Shown one piece after another: positions 1-10,559 of a stretch of DNA of 64,000 nucleotides. Origin of the DNA: a virus. Under the pieces are notes generated by a model. That model saw only the letters and a list, made by a program, of their open reading frames with translations. It made no database searches and had not been told where the DNA came from. How positions within the stretch are numbered: the stretch's first letter is position 1; each line of letters begins with the position of its first letter. The position numbers and the translations under genes are program-made. The DNA is taken from IMG/VR virus record IMGVR_UViG_3300026544_000001, positions 1-64,000 of that record; one strand, 5' to 3'.

Positions 1-1
1 C

Positions 2-3000
2 TCAAATGGTATAGGTACTAAGTCTACTACAAGATTAGGAGACCCTGAAGACTCAACTGCTTCATATGTCAACGCTCCAGAAGCCCCTAATACAATAAGA
101 CACAAGTTCCATAGAGAGCCTACAGCCGATGAGTTAGCTAGGTATAATGCATCAATGATGGCTAAGAATAACTACGCTATGGGTACTACTCCAACTAGTA
201 AGGAAGCATATGCTGGAATAATAAATGATCCATTAACCTCTGAGAATCAAGTTATATACGATACAGAGATGAAGAAGCTACTTGCAGAGCAGGGAGATAA
301 CTTGGTATTTACTGGTAACGAAGGGCAATTAGGTAAGTATGGAAGACAAGTTGGTAATGTATATAATACTACATATGGAGATGGCACAGAGAGTTTGAAA
401 AATAGATTATTAGATACAGGTACTGCACAAATGTACTCATATGGTAAACCTATAGAGAATATTACTGATAGTAGTAGTAGTAGTAGTAGATATACTAAAA
501 AAGAATTACTAGCTAAAGCACGTGAGAAAGTATATGGTAAAAATTACGAACCAAGTACTTGGGAAAATATATTAGATACTCCAGGTGAGTTCGCAGCAGG
601 TGCAGTAGAAGGTGGGATGAGTTTAGTTGATGGTATAGGTAAACTAGGAGCTAAAGGGATTAATGCGTTATTTGATACTGACTATAGTGGTGAAGCATTT
701 GGTAAGAAAGACATAGATGATGCTAGTAATTACATTAGTGAAGCTATGGGAGTAGATGAATACGATAAAGAACTTAGACAAGAGAAAGCTGATAAGCTAG
801 TTGGTGACGCACTAAATAAGTTTGATATATGGCATCCTATAGATACATTTGGTGAGATAGATTGGGGTAATGCAGCTAAGGCTACAGTAGAGTTTCTTAA
901 AGATCCTAGTATGGCTGGACACTCACTTGGTTACATGGGTGGAGGAGCTGGTATGTACGGTACAGCTAGTGAGACACTAGTTAAAGGAATACTGAAAGCT
1001 TCAAGTAAAAAGATGGCTGAAAAAGTGTCTACTAGAGTTGCTGCAAAGAACTTAAGTAAAGAATCAGCTGATAAGCTAAGTAGTAAGTATTATGGTATAA
1101 CTGAGAAGAGGTTAGATAAATTAAGTGGTAATAAGCATTCAATGGAAATAGGATACGCATTCGCACAGACTAATGATTTAGATAATCAATATGCTGAGAA
1201 TAATAATGGTGAGCATATGAGTTTAGCTAAGTATACTGCTACATTAGTTGGTACAGCTGCATTAGCATTTCCTGAGATAGCGGCTATGAAGTTTGGATTA
1301 GGTAAAGCAGGTAAAGATATACTAAAAAATAAAAGTGTTAAAGATAAGGTTATTACAGTTAGTAAAGACTTATTAAAAGCTGGTATGTATGAACATGCTC
1401 AAGAAACAGCTGAACAAGCTTATCAAGAAGCAATTACTAAGTATGGTACTGCTAAATATAAAGATAAATCATTCGGTGAAATACTAAGTGAAAGTACTCA
1501 AAATATTATAGGTGCTGGTATGCAAGCAGGTCCTAGTGGTATTCATACAGCTAGTATTGGTATAGCTAGAAATTCGTTTGGCAGTAGTAAGGCTACTGAA
1601 GAAGCTAATACAGTATACAGCACTAAAGCTGATGTAGTTAATGATATTAATAAAGTTACTAAAGATATAGCAACTGCTAAGACTCCTGAAGATAAAGTAG
1701 TACTAGAGAAGAAGCTACAAGACTTACAAGATATAGATAGTAACTATATAGATACTCCTGATGACATAGACAATAGTGAGTTAGCTAGTAAGATTACTGG
1801 AGATACTAAAGAAGAGTATGCTAATAATGTTAAAAACGTATTAAACACATATATTAACGATTCTGTGTCTAAAGATAATATAGATAAGCTGTATGATAAA
1901 CTAGCTATAGATGAAACTAAAATTGATAAAGATACATTCAGTAAGTTAGTTACTGAAGATATTGCTGATAGTAGTGTTGATAACGATGTGACAAATAATA
2001 CTATACATGATGAGCTAGTTAGTGACTTTAGTAAAGATACAAATACTATTAACGATAAGATTAATTACTTACATAAGTACAATGATAAGTTACAAGATAT
2101 GGTCAGTAAGAATGGTACAAATGCTGAAGCAGTTAAACTACAACTAGCTATAGACAATTATAAAACTAAGTTGTATAAAGAGATCGCTGATCAAAATAAT
2201 AGTGAAGTTAGTAATGATACTACTATGCAGTCAACTGGTGATATGTCAACTATAAACAAGAAGATGCTTGATGAATTAGATACATCAATTAATACCTCAA
2301 TGGATAATAATCCTGATAGTAAGTTGCTTAATGATACTATGACAGACTTAGCTACTAATTACTCAGTTGATACTGTTAGTAAGTATAATAAAATGCTAGA
2401 GGATATGGTAGATACAGGTAAAAGTAGTAAAGGTACAATAGAAGCACTAGGAATAATAATAGATCATTATAAAAATAGATTACTAGAAGATGGTGTTAAA
2501 GAAGCTAGTGATATTGTTGTACCAGTTAATACTACTAAATATAAAGATGCTAACGCTATGGATTACATTACTACATTAGACGATGCTACTAGTGTAAAGG
2601 AGGATAAAGTACCAACTGGTAGTAATAATATAAATACTAATACAACTGAGCAAAATGATTATAAATTAGCTAAAGAGGGTGAACTATACACAGAACCAAA
2701 AATGAAAGATACTCGTACTGAACAAGCTACTGATAATAGTAGTAAAACTAATGATAAAATAATTAATAACAATACTGAAGATACTAGAGTAGATGAAGTA
2801 GCATCTGCTAATGATGATTCTAGTACAATATTAGTTACTAGTGCAAATGAAGGTACTGTACATACTATTCCTCATATAGATGAGTTAAAGAGTACTCATA
2901 AGAATGCGCTAGGGTGGATTAAACTAAGTGATGGTAAATATATTACAGAAGTTCAAAGTGACCTATACCAAAAAGGTATAAAAGCTGACTATTCTGGTAT

Positions 3001-6000
3001 GAGTGAAGAAGATATTGCTAGACTTACAGATGATGAGAAAGCTATAGTAGCTACTGCTAAAGTTAAAGGAACTAGTAAGGAATCTGAAGCTATAGCTAAA
3101 TATAAGAATACATGGGTAAAGAAGTTGTTAGAGGCTACTGAAGGTAAAGGAATTATACGTGTACCTATAGCAGGTACTATAAATAACTTCCAAACAGGAG
3201 TAGATAAAATAGTACCAATACAGAAAAGATACAATAAAACTATCCCTAAAGTGATGGAAGAGTTATACGGTAAAGGTAAAGAAGTTACTGTAAAGGAAGG
3301 TAAATACGTTGGTAAATGGTTAGAATTTGATACTACTAAAGGTAGTAGTAAGAAAGTAGATAATACAGAAACTGTCGCAACTAGTACTGAGAATACTAGC
3401 ATAAAAACTGATAATAGTGTAGTTACTAGTAATAGTGATGTATTATTCACAGGTAAGAATATAAGCAAAGTGTTTAGTATCAACCCAGCTTACAGACAAT
3501 ATGCTATGGATATATGGAATAAAGTTACATTACATACAACTGATAGTGTTAATGAAATATTATCTACACATACAGATAGTATTAATAAGTATAGTAAAAT
3601 TATAAATAAAATGTCACTTAATGGTAAGTTAACAGGTATTACATTATTCAATGTAATAGAAGATCCATTTACATTTCTTACTACTGAAGTGGTTAATAAA
3701 GGCACTAGTAATGCTAAAGATGCTAATACTAATAAATATTATTCATTCACTAGTTCAACAGTTAGGTACAAAAAAGAAGTTATAGCAGCTATTGCTAAAG
3801 TTACTAGTGAGTTTATGCTAGAGAATAAAAATAAATTAAGTTCACTTACTAATGAGGATATTGAAGCATACTATCCAGAGTACAAAGGTAATAATGCTGA
3901 TATACGAAATATTGGTATTCCTCAGAAGCTGTTAGTTAATACTTTAGGTAAAAAGGTAATGAAAGAGTTAGGTAGTAAGGTAGCTAGAGATATACCAGAT
4001 ACACAGATTAAGAGTTTATATGCTAGTGCTGGTTATAAAGTACTACAGTTATTACAAGGATTAGATGTAGTTAAAGTCGATAGCTTAGATAACTCATTAG
4101 ATACTGAACTAGTTAAAAAGTTATACGGTGAAGATGCTAATACTAAAGTTAAAGTATACAATGTACAAGCTACGGATAACTTCAAAACAGGTACAGTTAA
4201 ATTACGCGAATTGTACTCAATAGGAATAGATAGCACTAGTTCTGAAGATACTGGTAGAGTTCCTACTACAAGTAAACCAAAAGTACTTACTAAAGCTAAG
4301 GTTAAAAATAGTGTGTTTGGATCTGATGTAAGTAAAAAGAGTTTAAAAACACTTAATACATTAAATGCTACTGAGTATAAAATTGATCATGATATTGTTA
4401 AGTATATTAGTAAGTTAGTTGGTAGTAATAAAACCAATGTACTTAAAGCTATGGGAGCTAAAACAACTAAACAGCTGAGTAGTATGATATATGATGATGC
4501 TGAAGGAGCTAAAGCTAAGAATAAAGTACTAAATGATGAGCTTACTATAGCACTAGATGAAGCTAAACGCATAGGAGATAGCTCTGTATGGTTTAAATGG
4601 TTTGAGACTAGAAATGGTAGATTCATATTAGATAGCTTAACACTTAACCCACAATCAAATAAACAGGTAGATAGGTGGGTATCAGTACCAAGTAAAGCTA
4701 TTACAGCTATAGACCCTACTAAAGATAGTAAAGAAAATGATTTATTCAAGTTCGGTATAGCACAAGCATTCGGAGTTGCTACAGATAAGATTCCGTTCAA
4801 AGAATCAGTTAATATAGGTAATAATATACTTAGTATGGATGTTGATAAAGTAGTTAGTAAACTACTAGATGGTAAAGAAGTTAAAGTAGGTAATACTGAG
4901 TTAGAGATAGAACATTTTGGACAAATGGTTAGTGGGGCCGTTAACGCTAAACGATGGCAACAAGGTAAAGAGTTTGATAGTACATTACTATTTGAAGTAG
5001 ATGGAATTACAAATGGCATAATGCTCAAGTTGCTACAGTTTCCAATAAAGACTGCTAAAGAATGGTTATATAAAGGTGGTATAAATATAGGAAGTAATAA
5101 TACTACTCCATATAATGATTATAAAAGTGTTGGTAATATCAATGATGCATACCAATCACTAGTTATAGATACAGTATTACCTACTCCTAATAACGCCTTA
5201 GCTAAGAGTGTTATAGACGTACTTCCTAAGTTAAAAGATAGTAAAGGTAAAGTAACATCTGCAGGTAGGAACTTTGCTAAACCAATACTAATGTTATTCG
5301 GATATGGTGCTAGTACTCAAAGAATTATAAGTGACAGTGCTAGAGAGATCACTAAAAGCATATTAAATGGTATAGTAAAAGATAAAAATAACTTAACCAT
5401 AGAGCAAAAGAAGTTCCTTATAGGAATTAATAAAAGTACTGTAAATATTTCACATGTAGACTTCATTAATAAAGTGATAGGATTACTTGTTACTAAACCA
5501 ATGGACAGCATTACATATGGAGATATAGATGGTAATTATAGGAATACTAGAAAGTTACTAGAGTATACTAATATAAATGTTGCAGAAAACATTACTGAAC
5601 CAATAGTCAATAATCTAGTCGATACATTCAAAGAATTAACTGATGCTACAGAATTATTAAATGATTTAGGCAATACACAATTTAAAGTATATAAGAATAC
5701 AATAGACAAAGCTGTTAATATGGCTGAAGCAATTAAAGGTTCAACACTTACACAAAAAGAAAAAAGTAAAATAGCTAAAATGTACGAAAGCGCTAGACCA
5801 TTAGTTAAATCATTTGGTAGAAATATTGAAGCTATAGGAAAAGGTGTTGATAATATAAGTAGTGGTGAGAAGACACAAGTTAAAACTAATAAAAGTATAT
5901 ATGGTAAGGAAACACATACTATAAACTTATTCAAAGAGAAGTTAATAGATCCAGGTGCATCAATGGGGGTATTTCCTATTCACTTTACAGATGGTACAAT

Positions 6001-6616
6001 AATGAGTAATGTTATAGACGAGCTAGATGGAGGAATTACTGAAGTACATGATGCTATGGTAGTTGGTCCGGGTAATGCTGAAAAAGCTGTACTATCCTAT
6101 AATAAAAATGTACATAGTACTGCTATAAGCAATAGTGTATTATACAATGCTGCTGAAGGGTTAATTAATACTATTAATCATAAAGGTATAGTAGATAGTA
6201 GTATGCAAGATAGTATTAATGATGCATTAAAACAGTACTATACTACTAGTAAGATGATAGATAAAAATAGAAATAAGTTATTTAGTAAAGAAGTAGCGTA
6301 TAGCCAAGTACCATTAAATAATGATAGTACGTATATTGGAGATAACCAAGTTAAAAGTAATAGTGAGTTACCTAATGTAAAGTTCAATGATAAGTTAGAT
6401 GTTATAAAAATAGCTCGTATTGTTAAAAGTAATACTGATGGCATTAATGAAAAATTTTATCAGTATAATGAAGAAGCTATAAATAGTATACTTAACAGTG
6501 AAGAAGATAGTAACAAGATAAATAAATTAGTTAGTATGTTGTATACAGGTACCATAAAAGATATTCAAGATTATGTTAATAGTACATATGATATTATGTT
6601 AGTTAATAAATGTTAA
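2..6616 (+). CDS. Virion-encapsidated RNA polymerase (N4 gp50-like), N-terminal and polymerase part; 5'-partial
   Basis: Frame is open from base 2, so the true start is probably upstream of the window. N4 vRNAP-type motifs: TRNGRF, NPQSNK, EVDGITNG (motif A), RNFAKPILMLFGYG (motif B), VHDA (motif C). No Cys except the last residue. Confidence 0.92.
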   Translation, partial: SNGIGTKSTTRLGDPEDSTASYVNAPEAPNTIRHKFHREPTADELARYNASMMAKNNYAMGTTPTSKEAYAGIINDPLTSENQVIYDTEMKKLLAEQGDNLVFTGNEGQLGKYGRQVGNVYNTTYGDGTESLKNRLLDTGTAQMYSYGKPIENITDSSSSSSRYTKKELLAKAREKVYGKNYEPSTWENILDTPGEFAAGAVEGGMSLVDGIGKLGAKGINALFDTDYSGEAFGKKDIDDASNYISEAMGVDEYDKELRQEKADKLVGDALNKFDIWHPIDTFGEIDWGNAAKATVEFLKDPSMAGHSLGYMGGGAGMYGTASETLVKGILKASSKKMAEKVSTRVAAKNLSKESADKLSSKYYGITEKRLDKLSGNKHSMEIGYAFAQTNDLDNQYAENNNGEHMSLAKYTATLVGTAALAFPEIAAMKFGLGKAGKDILKNKSVKDKVITVSKDLLKAGMYEHAQETAEQAYQEAITKYGTAKYKDKSFGEILSESTQNIIGAGMQAGPSGIHTASIGIARNSFGSSKATEEANTVYSTKADVVNDINKVTKDIATAKTPEDKVVLEKKLQDLQDIDSNYIDTPDDIDNSELASKITGDTKEEYANNVKNVLNTYINDSVSKDNIDKLYDKLAIDETKIDKDTFSKLVTEDIADSSVDNDVTNNTIHDELVSDFSKDTNTINDKINYLHKYNDKLQDMVSKNGTNAEAVKLQLAIDNYKTKLYKEIADQNNSEVSNDTTMQSTGDMSTINKKMLDELDTSINTSMDNNPDSKLLNDTMTDLATNYSVDTVSKYNKMLEDMVDTGKSSKGTIEALGIIIDHYKNRLLEDGVKEASDIVVPVNTTKYKDANAMDYITTLDDATSVKEDKVPTGSNNINTNTTEQNDYKLAKEGELYTEPKMKDTRTEQATDNSSKTNDKIINNNTEDTRVDEVASANDDSSTILVTSANEGTVHTIPHIDELKSTHKNALGWIKLSDGKYITEVQSDLYQKGIKADYSGMSEEDIARLTDDEKAIVATAKVKGTSKESEAIAKYKNTWVKKLLEATEGKGIIRVPIAGTINNFQTGVDKIVPIQKRYNKTIPKVMEELYGKGKEVTVKEGKYVGKWLEFDTTKGSSKKVDNTETVATSTENTSIKTDNSVVTSNSDVLFTGKNISKVFSINPAYRQYAMDIWNKVTLHTTDSVNEILSTHTDSINKYSKIINKMSLNGKLTGITLFNVIEDPFTFLTTEVVNKGTSNAKDANTNKYYSFTSSTVRYKKEVIAAIAKVTSEFMLENKNKLSSLTNEDIEAYYPEYKGNNADIRNIGIPQKLLVNTLGKKVMKELGSKVARDIPDTQIKSLYASAGYKVLQLLQGLDVVKVDSLDNSLDTELVKKLYGEDANTKVKVYNVQATDNFKTGTVKLRELYSIGIDSTSSEDTGRVPTTSKPKVLTKAKVKNSVFGSDVSKKSLKTLNTLNATEYKIDHDIVKYISKLVGSNKTNVLKAMGAKTTKQLSSMIYDDAEGAKAKNKVLNDELTIALDEAKRIGDSSVWFKWFETRNGRFILDSLTLNPQSNKQVDRWVSVPSKAITAIDPTKDSKENDLFKFGIAQAFGVATDKIPFKESVNIGNNILSMDVDKVVSKLLDGKEVKVGNTELEIEHFGQMVSGAVNAKRWQQGKEFDSTLLFEVDGITNGIMLKLLQFPIKTAKEWLYKGGINIGSNNTTPYNDYKSVGNINDAYQSLVIDTVLPTPNNALAKSVIDVLPKLKDSKGKVTSAGRNFAKPILMLFGYGASTQRIISDSAREITKSILNGIVKDKNNLTIEQKKFLIGINKSTVNISHVDFINKVIGLLVTKPMDSITYGDIDGNYRNTRKLLEYTNINVAENITEPIVNNLVDTFKELTDATELLNDLGNTQFKVYKNTIDKAVNMAEAIKGSTLTQKEKSKIAKMYESARPLVKSFGRNIEAIGKGVDNISSGEKTQVKTNKSIYGKETHTINLFKEKLIDPGASMGVFPIHFTDGTIMSNVIDELDGGITEVHDAMVVGPGNAEKAVLSYNKNVHSTAISNSVLYNAAEGLINTINHKGIVDSSMQDSINDALKQYYTTSKMIDKNRNKLFSKEVAYSQVPLNNDSTYIGDNQVKSNSELPNVKFNDKLDVIKIARIVKSNTDGINEKFYQYNEEAINSILNSEEDSNKINKLVSMLYTGTIKDIQDYVNSTYDIMLVNKC

Positions 6617-6625
6617 GGAAAATAT

Positions 6626-9600
6626 ATGAATTGTAAGATAAAAATAAGTAATAGGACAGTTAACAAAACAGAAGCTAAAAACATAGCAACATACTTTATG
6701 AAAAGTTCTAAAGAACTGGCAGATGAAGCTTATAATAAAATAGATAATCTAGCTAAAGAATCTGTAGTTACTTCTATATACCCTAGTAGTACATCTAAAA
6801 TAAAAGCATTAAAAGATAGTGTTCCTATAGTTATTGAGAGTATAGAAAATTATGACCTGTTTGATAAAACAATGACTATTATAGGTAAGAATTTATATAC
6901 TAATAAGAATGTTGTATATAATATGCAATTAGTTGATATGTATGATAATAGATTAATGCTACAAAGCACTAATAGATTAAGTGATGGAGGCGTGCTTAAA
7001 ATAACAGATCCTATAGCTATATCAAGTATAACTAGTAAACTAAAAGCAATAAGTAATACTCAAAGTACTATTAAATTTGAATCAACTAGTAATAGTAAAA
7101 TTAATAGTAATGCTAATCCAGAAGCTACTGAATTATTATCTGAAGAGTCTGTCACTAGATTGATAGATGAACATAGTAATGGTAATAAGTATATGAAAGA
7201 AGTTGCTAAAGAGTTATTTAGTACTAACGGGTTATTGAATAACATTAATGTAGAGCACTTTAGTAATACTGCTGAAACATCTGCTAATGTTATATTCGAT
7301 AGTAGGTTAAACCCTAAAAATATAGCTTTATTCTATAATAAATATGATGAAACTGGTATGGATATAGGTGAAAGATACTTACATGAAGTGTTCCATGCTA
7401 CATTAGTACCGTTATTAGAAAGTACTAGTAGTTTGTATACGGTACAATTAAGTAAGTTAGAAAACGTATATACTAAAGTACTTCCACATATGACTGTTGA
7501 TAAGCTAGTTAAGAATGGTATTAACGATAGATTAGCTAATAGTATGATTGAGCATATAAATGAGGGATCACAAGGATTTCATGAGTTTCTTGCATATGCT
7601 AAAACTAACGAGGCATTCAGAAAAGTACTTAATGAAATTAATGTTGATACTATTGTAGAACCTAAGAATATGATGGGCATGTTAATGAAGTTAGTTAAAT
7701 CATTCTTTAGCAAATTATCAAGTAGTAAGATTGATGGCAACTCAAAGAAGATTATAGATGGATTAGTTACAGACATATTGCAGATACAGAGTAATAATAT
7801 ACAGAGATCAAATGTAGCTAAAGCATTCAATAAGCTAGGTAAAGTAATAGATAAATTCAATAATAATGCAGCAGCTAAGATTAAGTTAGCTGAGGATAAG
7901 CTATCAGAAGCTTCAAGAGTTAAATATACTAAATTAAGAAATAGTATAAATAATGATGGTAGTATTACTGATAAGATTAAACTATTCGGTATAGCTATTA
8001 GTTTATTGTACTCTAACGCAGATAAAGCTAAAGGTGTGTTCACTGGTATACTAAAAAGTGTTGGTATGGATCCTAATGGGGTGGCTATGCAAGGTATTAA
8101 TTCATTCATGGAGCAAGATAACTTAGCTAATGAAGTAGAGAATTTAGGCTTACTATCACAACAAATTGATGAGAAGAAGCAAAGTATTGCTAATCTGATA
8201 TCCAATACAATACATGAGAGTTTTACTACTAAACTTGACTGGGATACTAAAGAAGCTATTACTAATATATTTATTAAAACTGATATACAAAGTATATTTA
8301 CTAAGTTCAATGAAATTACTGAAGATAATATTTATAAGTTACTGGATAAGAATAAGAGAAAAACTATGTTGATTAGTAATATTAGTAAGTTACAAGATAT
8401 AGTTAAAAATAAAGATGTTATGGAGTATATTGATAGACAGTCTGATATACTGGCTAAGTATATGGTACATGGTACTACACATATAGGATTATTGAAGAAT
8501 AGTTTACAAGTAGCATATGGTACTGGATATAAGAAGCAATTAGATTTATTTAACAATGACGAAGCTATTCGTTTAATAGATTCTATCACTAGTTTAAAAG
8601 CTCTAGAACTAACAGATACTAGTAAGGTTAGTGATTTACTAGCTAAAGATAAAACTAACGTAGAAGGGCTTACTACGTTGTTAAAGATGCATAAAGAGCA
8701 TGTAGCTAAAAGTGCTAAAGAATTATTTAAATATGATAAAGTAAATGTGATAAAAGGCTATACTAAATTTATTCCGGATCCTAATATAGATGTAGTTATT
8801 AAATCAATAAGTGAGACTGCTGCATTGAAGAAAGATGGTTATGCGTTAAGTCATATGGTTAAAGTCCCTGGTATGGATGGTACATATGGATTATTCGTTA
8901 ATAAGTACAAACCAAAAGTAGGTTTCAATAAACAAGCTGTTAGAGTAATCGATAGTTATAGAACGGGTACTAGTGTTACACAGCTACTTAAAGATCAGTT
9001 AGCTAGTGGAGCTATTAGTTCATACAGTGAGTTTGAGAGTAAGCGTAATAAAGTGCTAGCACAGTATGATAGATTGTTTGATAGGTACAAGAGAACTGGT
9101 AAAGATACGGGATTGAAACACATAGCTCCAATATTTAGTACTGATGGAACTGTTATAGATTATGCTATCCATATGGATACTAAGACTAAAGATAGTATAT
9201 ACAATACTGATAATAGAGTAGACAATGTTATGGCTGGGATGTATAATACACTAGTAGATAAGACACTAAGTAATGAATTCAATACTAAAATAGTTGATGA
9301 TTTAGTTGATTACCATAAAGAGTTCTACAAAGAAGACGCTAATATGCTAGTTAGTAAGGATGGTTATCCAATAGTTATGCTCGGACCTGGTGAGTTAGCT
9401 AGTGATGAAAGAGCTAAAAAAATATGGGGTATGTTACCTAGTTATATGCAAAAAGGTATAGAAAAACAGCTGTCAGTTGGTGGTAAACCATTCAAAGGAT
9501 TAGCTGTTAGAGAAGACTTGATCAGACCATGGTTTGGTGAACATGACTATAATTTCTCAGAAGGTAAAATTGGTAAGTTGTCTCCGGCTAAGGTTAAACG

Positions 9601-10546
9601 AGTATCACAAATAGCTACTAGTATATGGAAAGAGATAGTTAGTATAGCTAAAATAGATATAGTAATTAGAACTCCAGCTGTATTAGTTGGTAATATTATG
9701 AGTAATGTTATGTTATGTATGCAGTTTGGTATGTCCCCTAAAGAAGTGTTGAAATTACAAATAGAAGGTGTTAGAGAATTAGAAATATATAGAAAAGATA
9801 AAGAAGAGTTAGATAAACTTGTACTAAAGAAAGAAGTACTAGGTAGTTCAGTTGATAATCAGATTGAAAGATTACAAGCTAAGATTAATAGAAATTCTGT
9901 TAAGCCTTTAGTAGATGCGGGGTTCTTTACGTATATAATGGAAGATGTGAATATTGGTGAAAGTAAAAACAATAGTACAATAACTAGATGGGTAGATAAG
10001 AAATTAGATGGTAAGCCAGAAGGTATTAAAACTATAGCTAACTACTTGTACTTTACTGAAAGAACTAAGCCATTTCAAATTATGGTTAAAGCTACACAAG
10101 ATAGTGATTTTGCAGCTAGGTATGCTATGTATCATGCTAATAAGAAAAAGATAGATAGCATGGATGTATCAGTTAAAGTTAAAGCTAAGATGATTAGCGA
10201 TTTACTTAAACAAACAAGAGATGCCTTTATTAATTACGGTAAATTGGACAATGTATTCATTAAATACGCTAATGATATGGGGTTAGTTATGTTTACGAAA
10301 TTCTTAATAGGTACTCAAAGAACTATTAAAATGTTAATTAAAGGTAAACCAGTTAGTGCAATGCTTGTAGGATTATCACAAAATATTACTGGAGACATTG
10401 ATGATGTTATAGATCATAATATACTACAATATGATGTTGATAAGTTATTGTATAACCCAACTAGTATATTAGAAGCTGCAGCTACTCCCACATTATTTGA
10501 AGTTCCTTCATTACTAGAGCAATCATTAAGGCTAACTAGAAATTAG
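6626..10546 (+). CDS. Virion RNA polymerase C-terminal region encoded as a separate 1306-aa protein; zincin-like HExxH
   Basis: LHEVFHAT plus downstream HEFLAY. C-terminal DSDFAARY...FINY...MGLVMFTKF resembles the N4 vRNAP C-terminus as recalled. TAAGGA RBS overlaps the upstream stop. Confidence 0.75.
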   Translation: MNCKIKISNRTVNKTEAKNIATYFMKSSKELADEAYNKIDNLAKESVVTSIYPSSTSKIKALKDSVPIVIESIENYDLFDKTMTIIGKNLYTNKNVVYNMQLVDMYDNRLMLQSTNRLSDGGVLKITDPIAISSITSKLKAISNTQSTIKFESTSNSKINSNANPEATELLSEESVTRLIDEHSNGNKYMKEVAKELFSTNGLLNNINVEHFSNTAETSANVIFDSRLNPKNIALFYNKYDETGMDIGERYLHEVFHATLVPLLESTSSLYTVQLSKLENVYTKVLPHMTVDKLVKNGINDRLANSMIEHINEGSQGFHEFLAYAKTNEAFRKVLNEINVDTIVEPKNMMGMLMKLVKSFFSKLSSSKIDGNSKKIIDGLVTDILQIQSNNIQRSNVAKAFNKLGKVIDKFNNNAAAKIKLAEDKLSEASRVKYTKLRNSINNDGSITDKIKLFGIAISLLYSNADKAKGVFTGILKSVGMDPNGVAMQGINSFMEQDNLANEVENLGLLSQQIDEKKQSIANLISNTIHESFTTKLDWDTKEAITNIFIKTDIQSIFTKFNEITEDNIYKLLDKNKRKTMLISNISKLQDIVKNKDVMEYIDRQSDILAKYMVHGTTHIGLLKNSLQVAYGTGYKKQLDLFNNDEAIRLIDSITSLKALELTDTSKVSDLLAKDKTNVEGLTTLLKMHKEHVAKSAKELFKYDKVNVIKGYTKFIPDPNIDVVIKSISETAALKKDGYALSHMVKVPGMDGTYGLFVNKYKPKVGFNKQAVRVIDSYRTGTSVTQLLKDQLASGAISSYSEFESKRNKVLAQYDRLFDRYKRTGKDTGLKHIAPIFSTDGTVIDYAIHMDTKTKDSIYNTDNRVDNVMAGMYNTLVDKTLSNEFNTKIVDDLVDYHKEFYKEDANMLVSKDGYPIVMLGPGELASDERAKKIWGMLPSYMQKGIEKQLSVGGKPFKGLAVREDLIRPWFGEHDYNFSEGKIGKLSPAKVKRVSQIATSIWKEIVSIAKIDIVIRTPAVLVGNIMSNVMLCMQFGMSPKEVLKLQIEGVRELEIYRKDKEELDKLVLKKEVLGSSVDNQIERLQAKINRNSVKPLVDAGFFTYIMEDVNIGESKNNSTITRWVDKKLDGKPEGIKTIANYLYFTERTKPFQIMVKATQDSDFAARYAMYHANKKKIDSMDVSVKVKAKMISDLLKQTRDAFINYGKLDNVFIKYANDMGLVMFTKFLIGTQRTIKMLIKGKPVSAMLVGLSQNITGDIDDVIDHNILQYDVDKLLYNPTSILEAAATPTLFEVPSLLEQSLRLTRN

Positions 10547-10559
10547 CCCCATGATTTAG

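Noticed and set aside
468-488. AGT microsatellite
   Set aside because: Encodes a short poly-Ser linker.
2989-8589. Minus-strand ORFs inside the vRNAP genes, similar ones at 57235-63402, and plus-strand ORFs inside the minus block
   Set aside because: L/S/V/I-rich antisense shadows of biased real genes, with no recognisable motifs.
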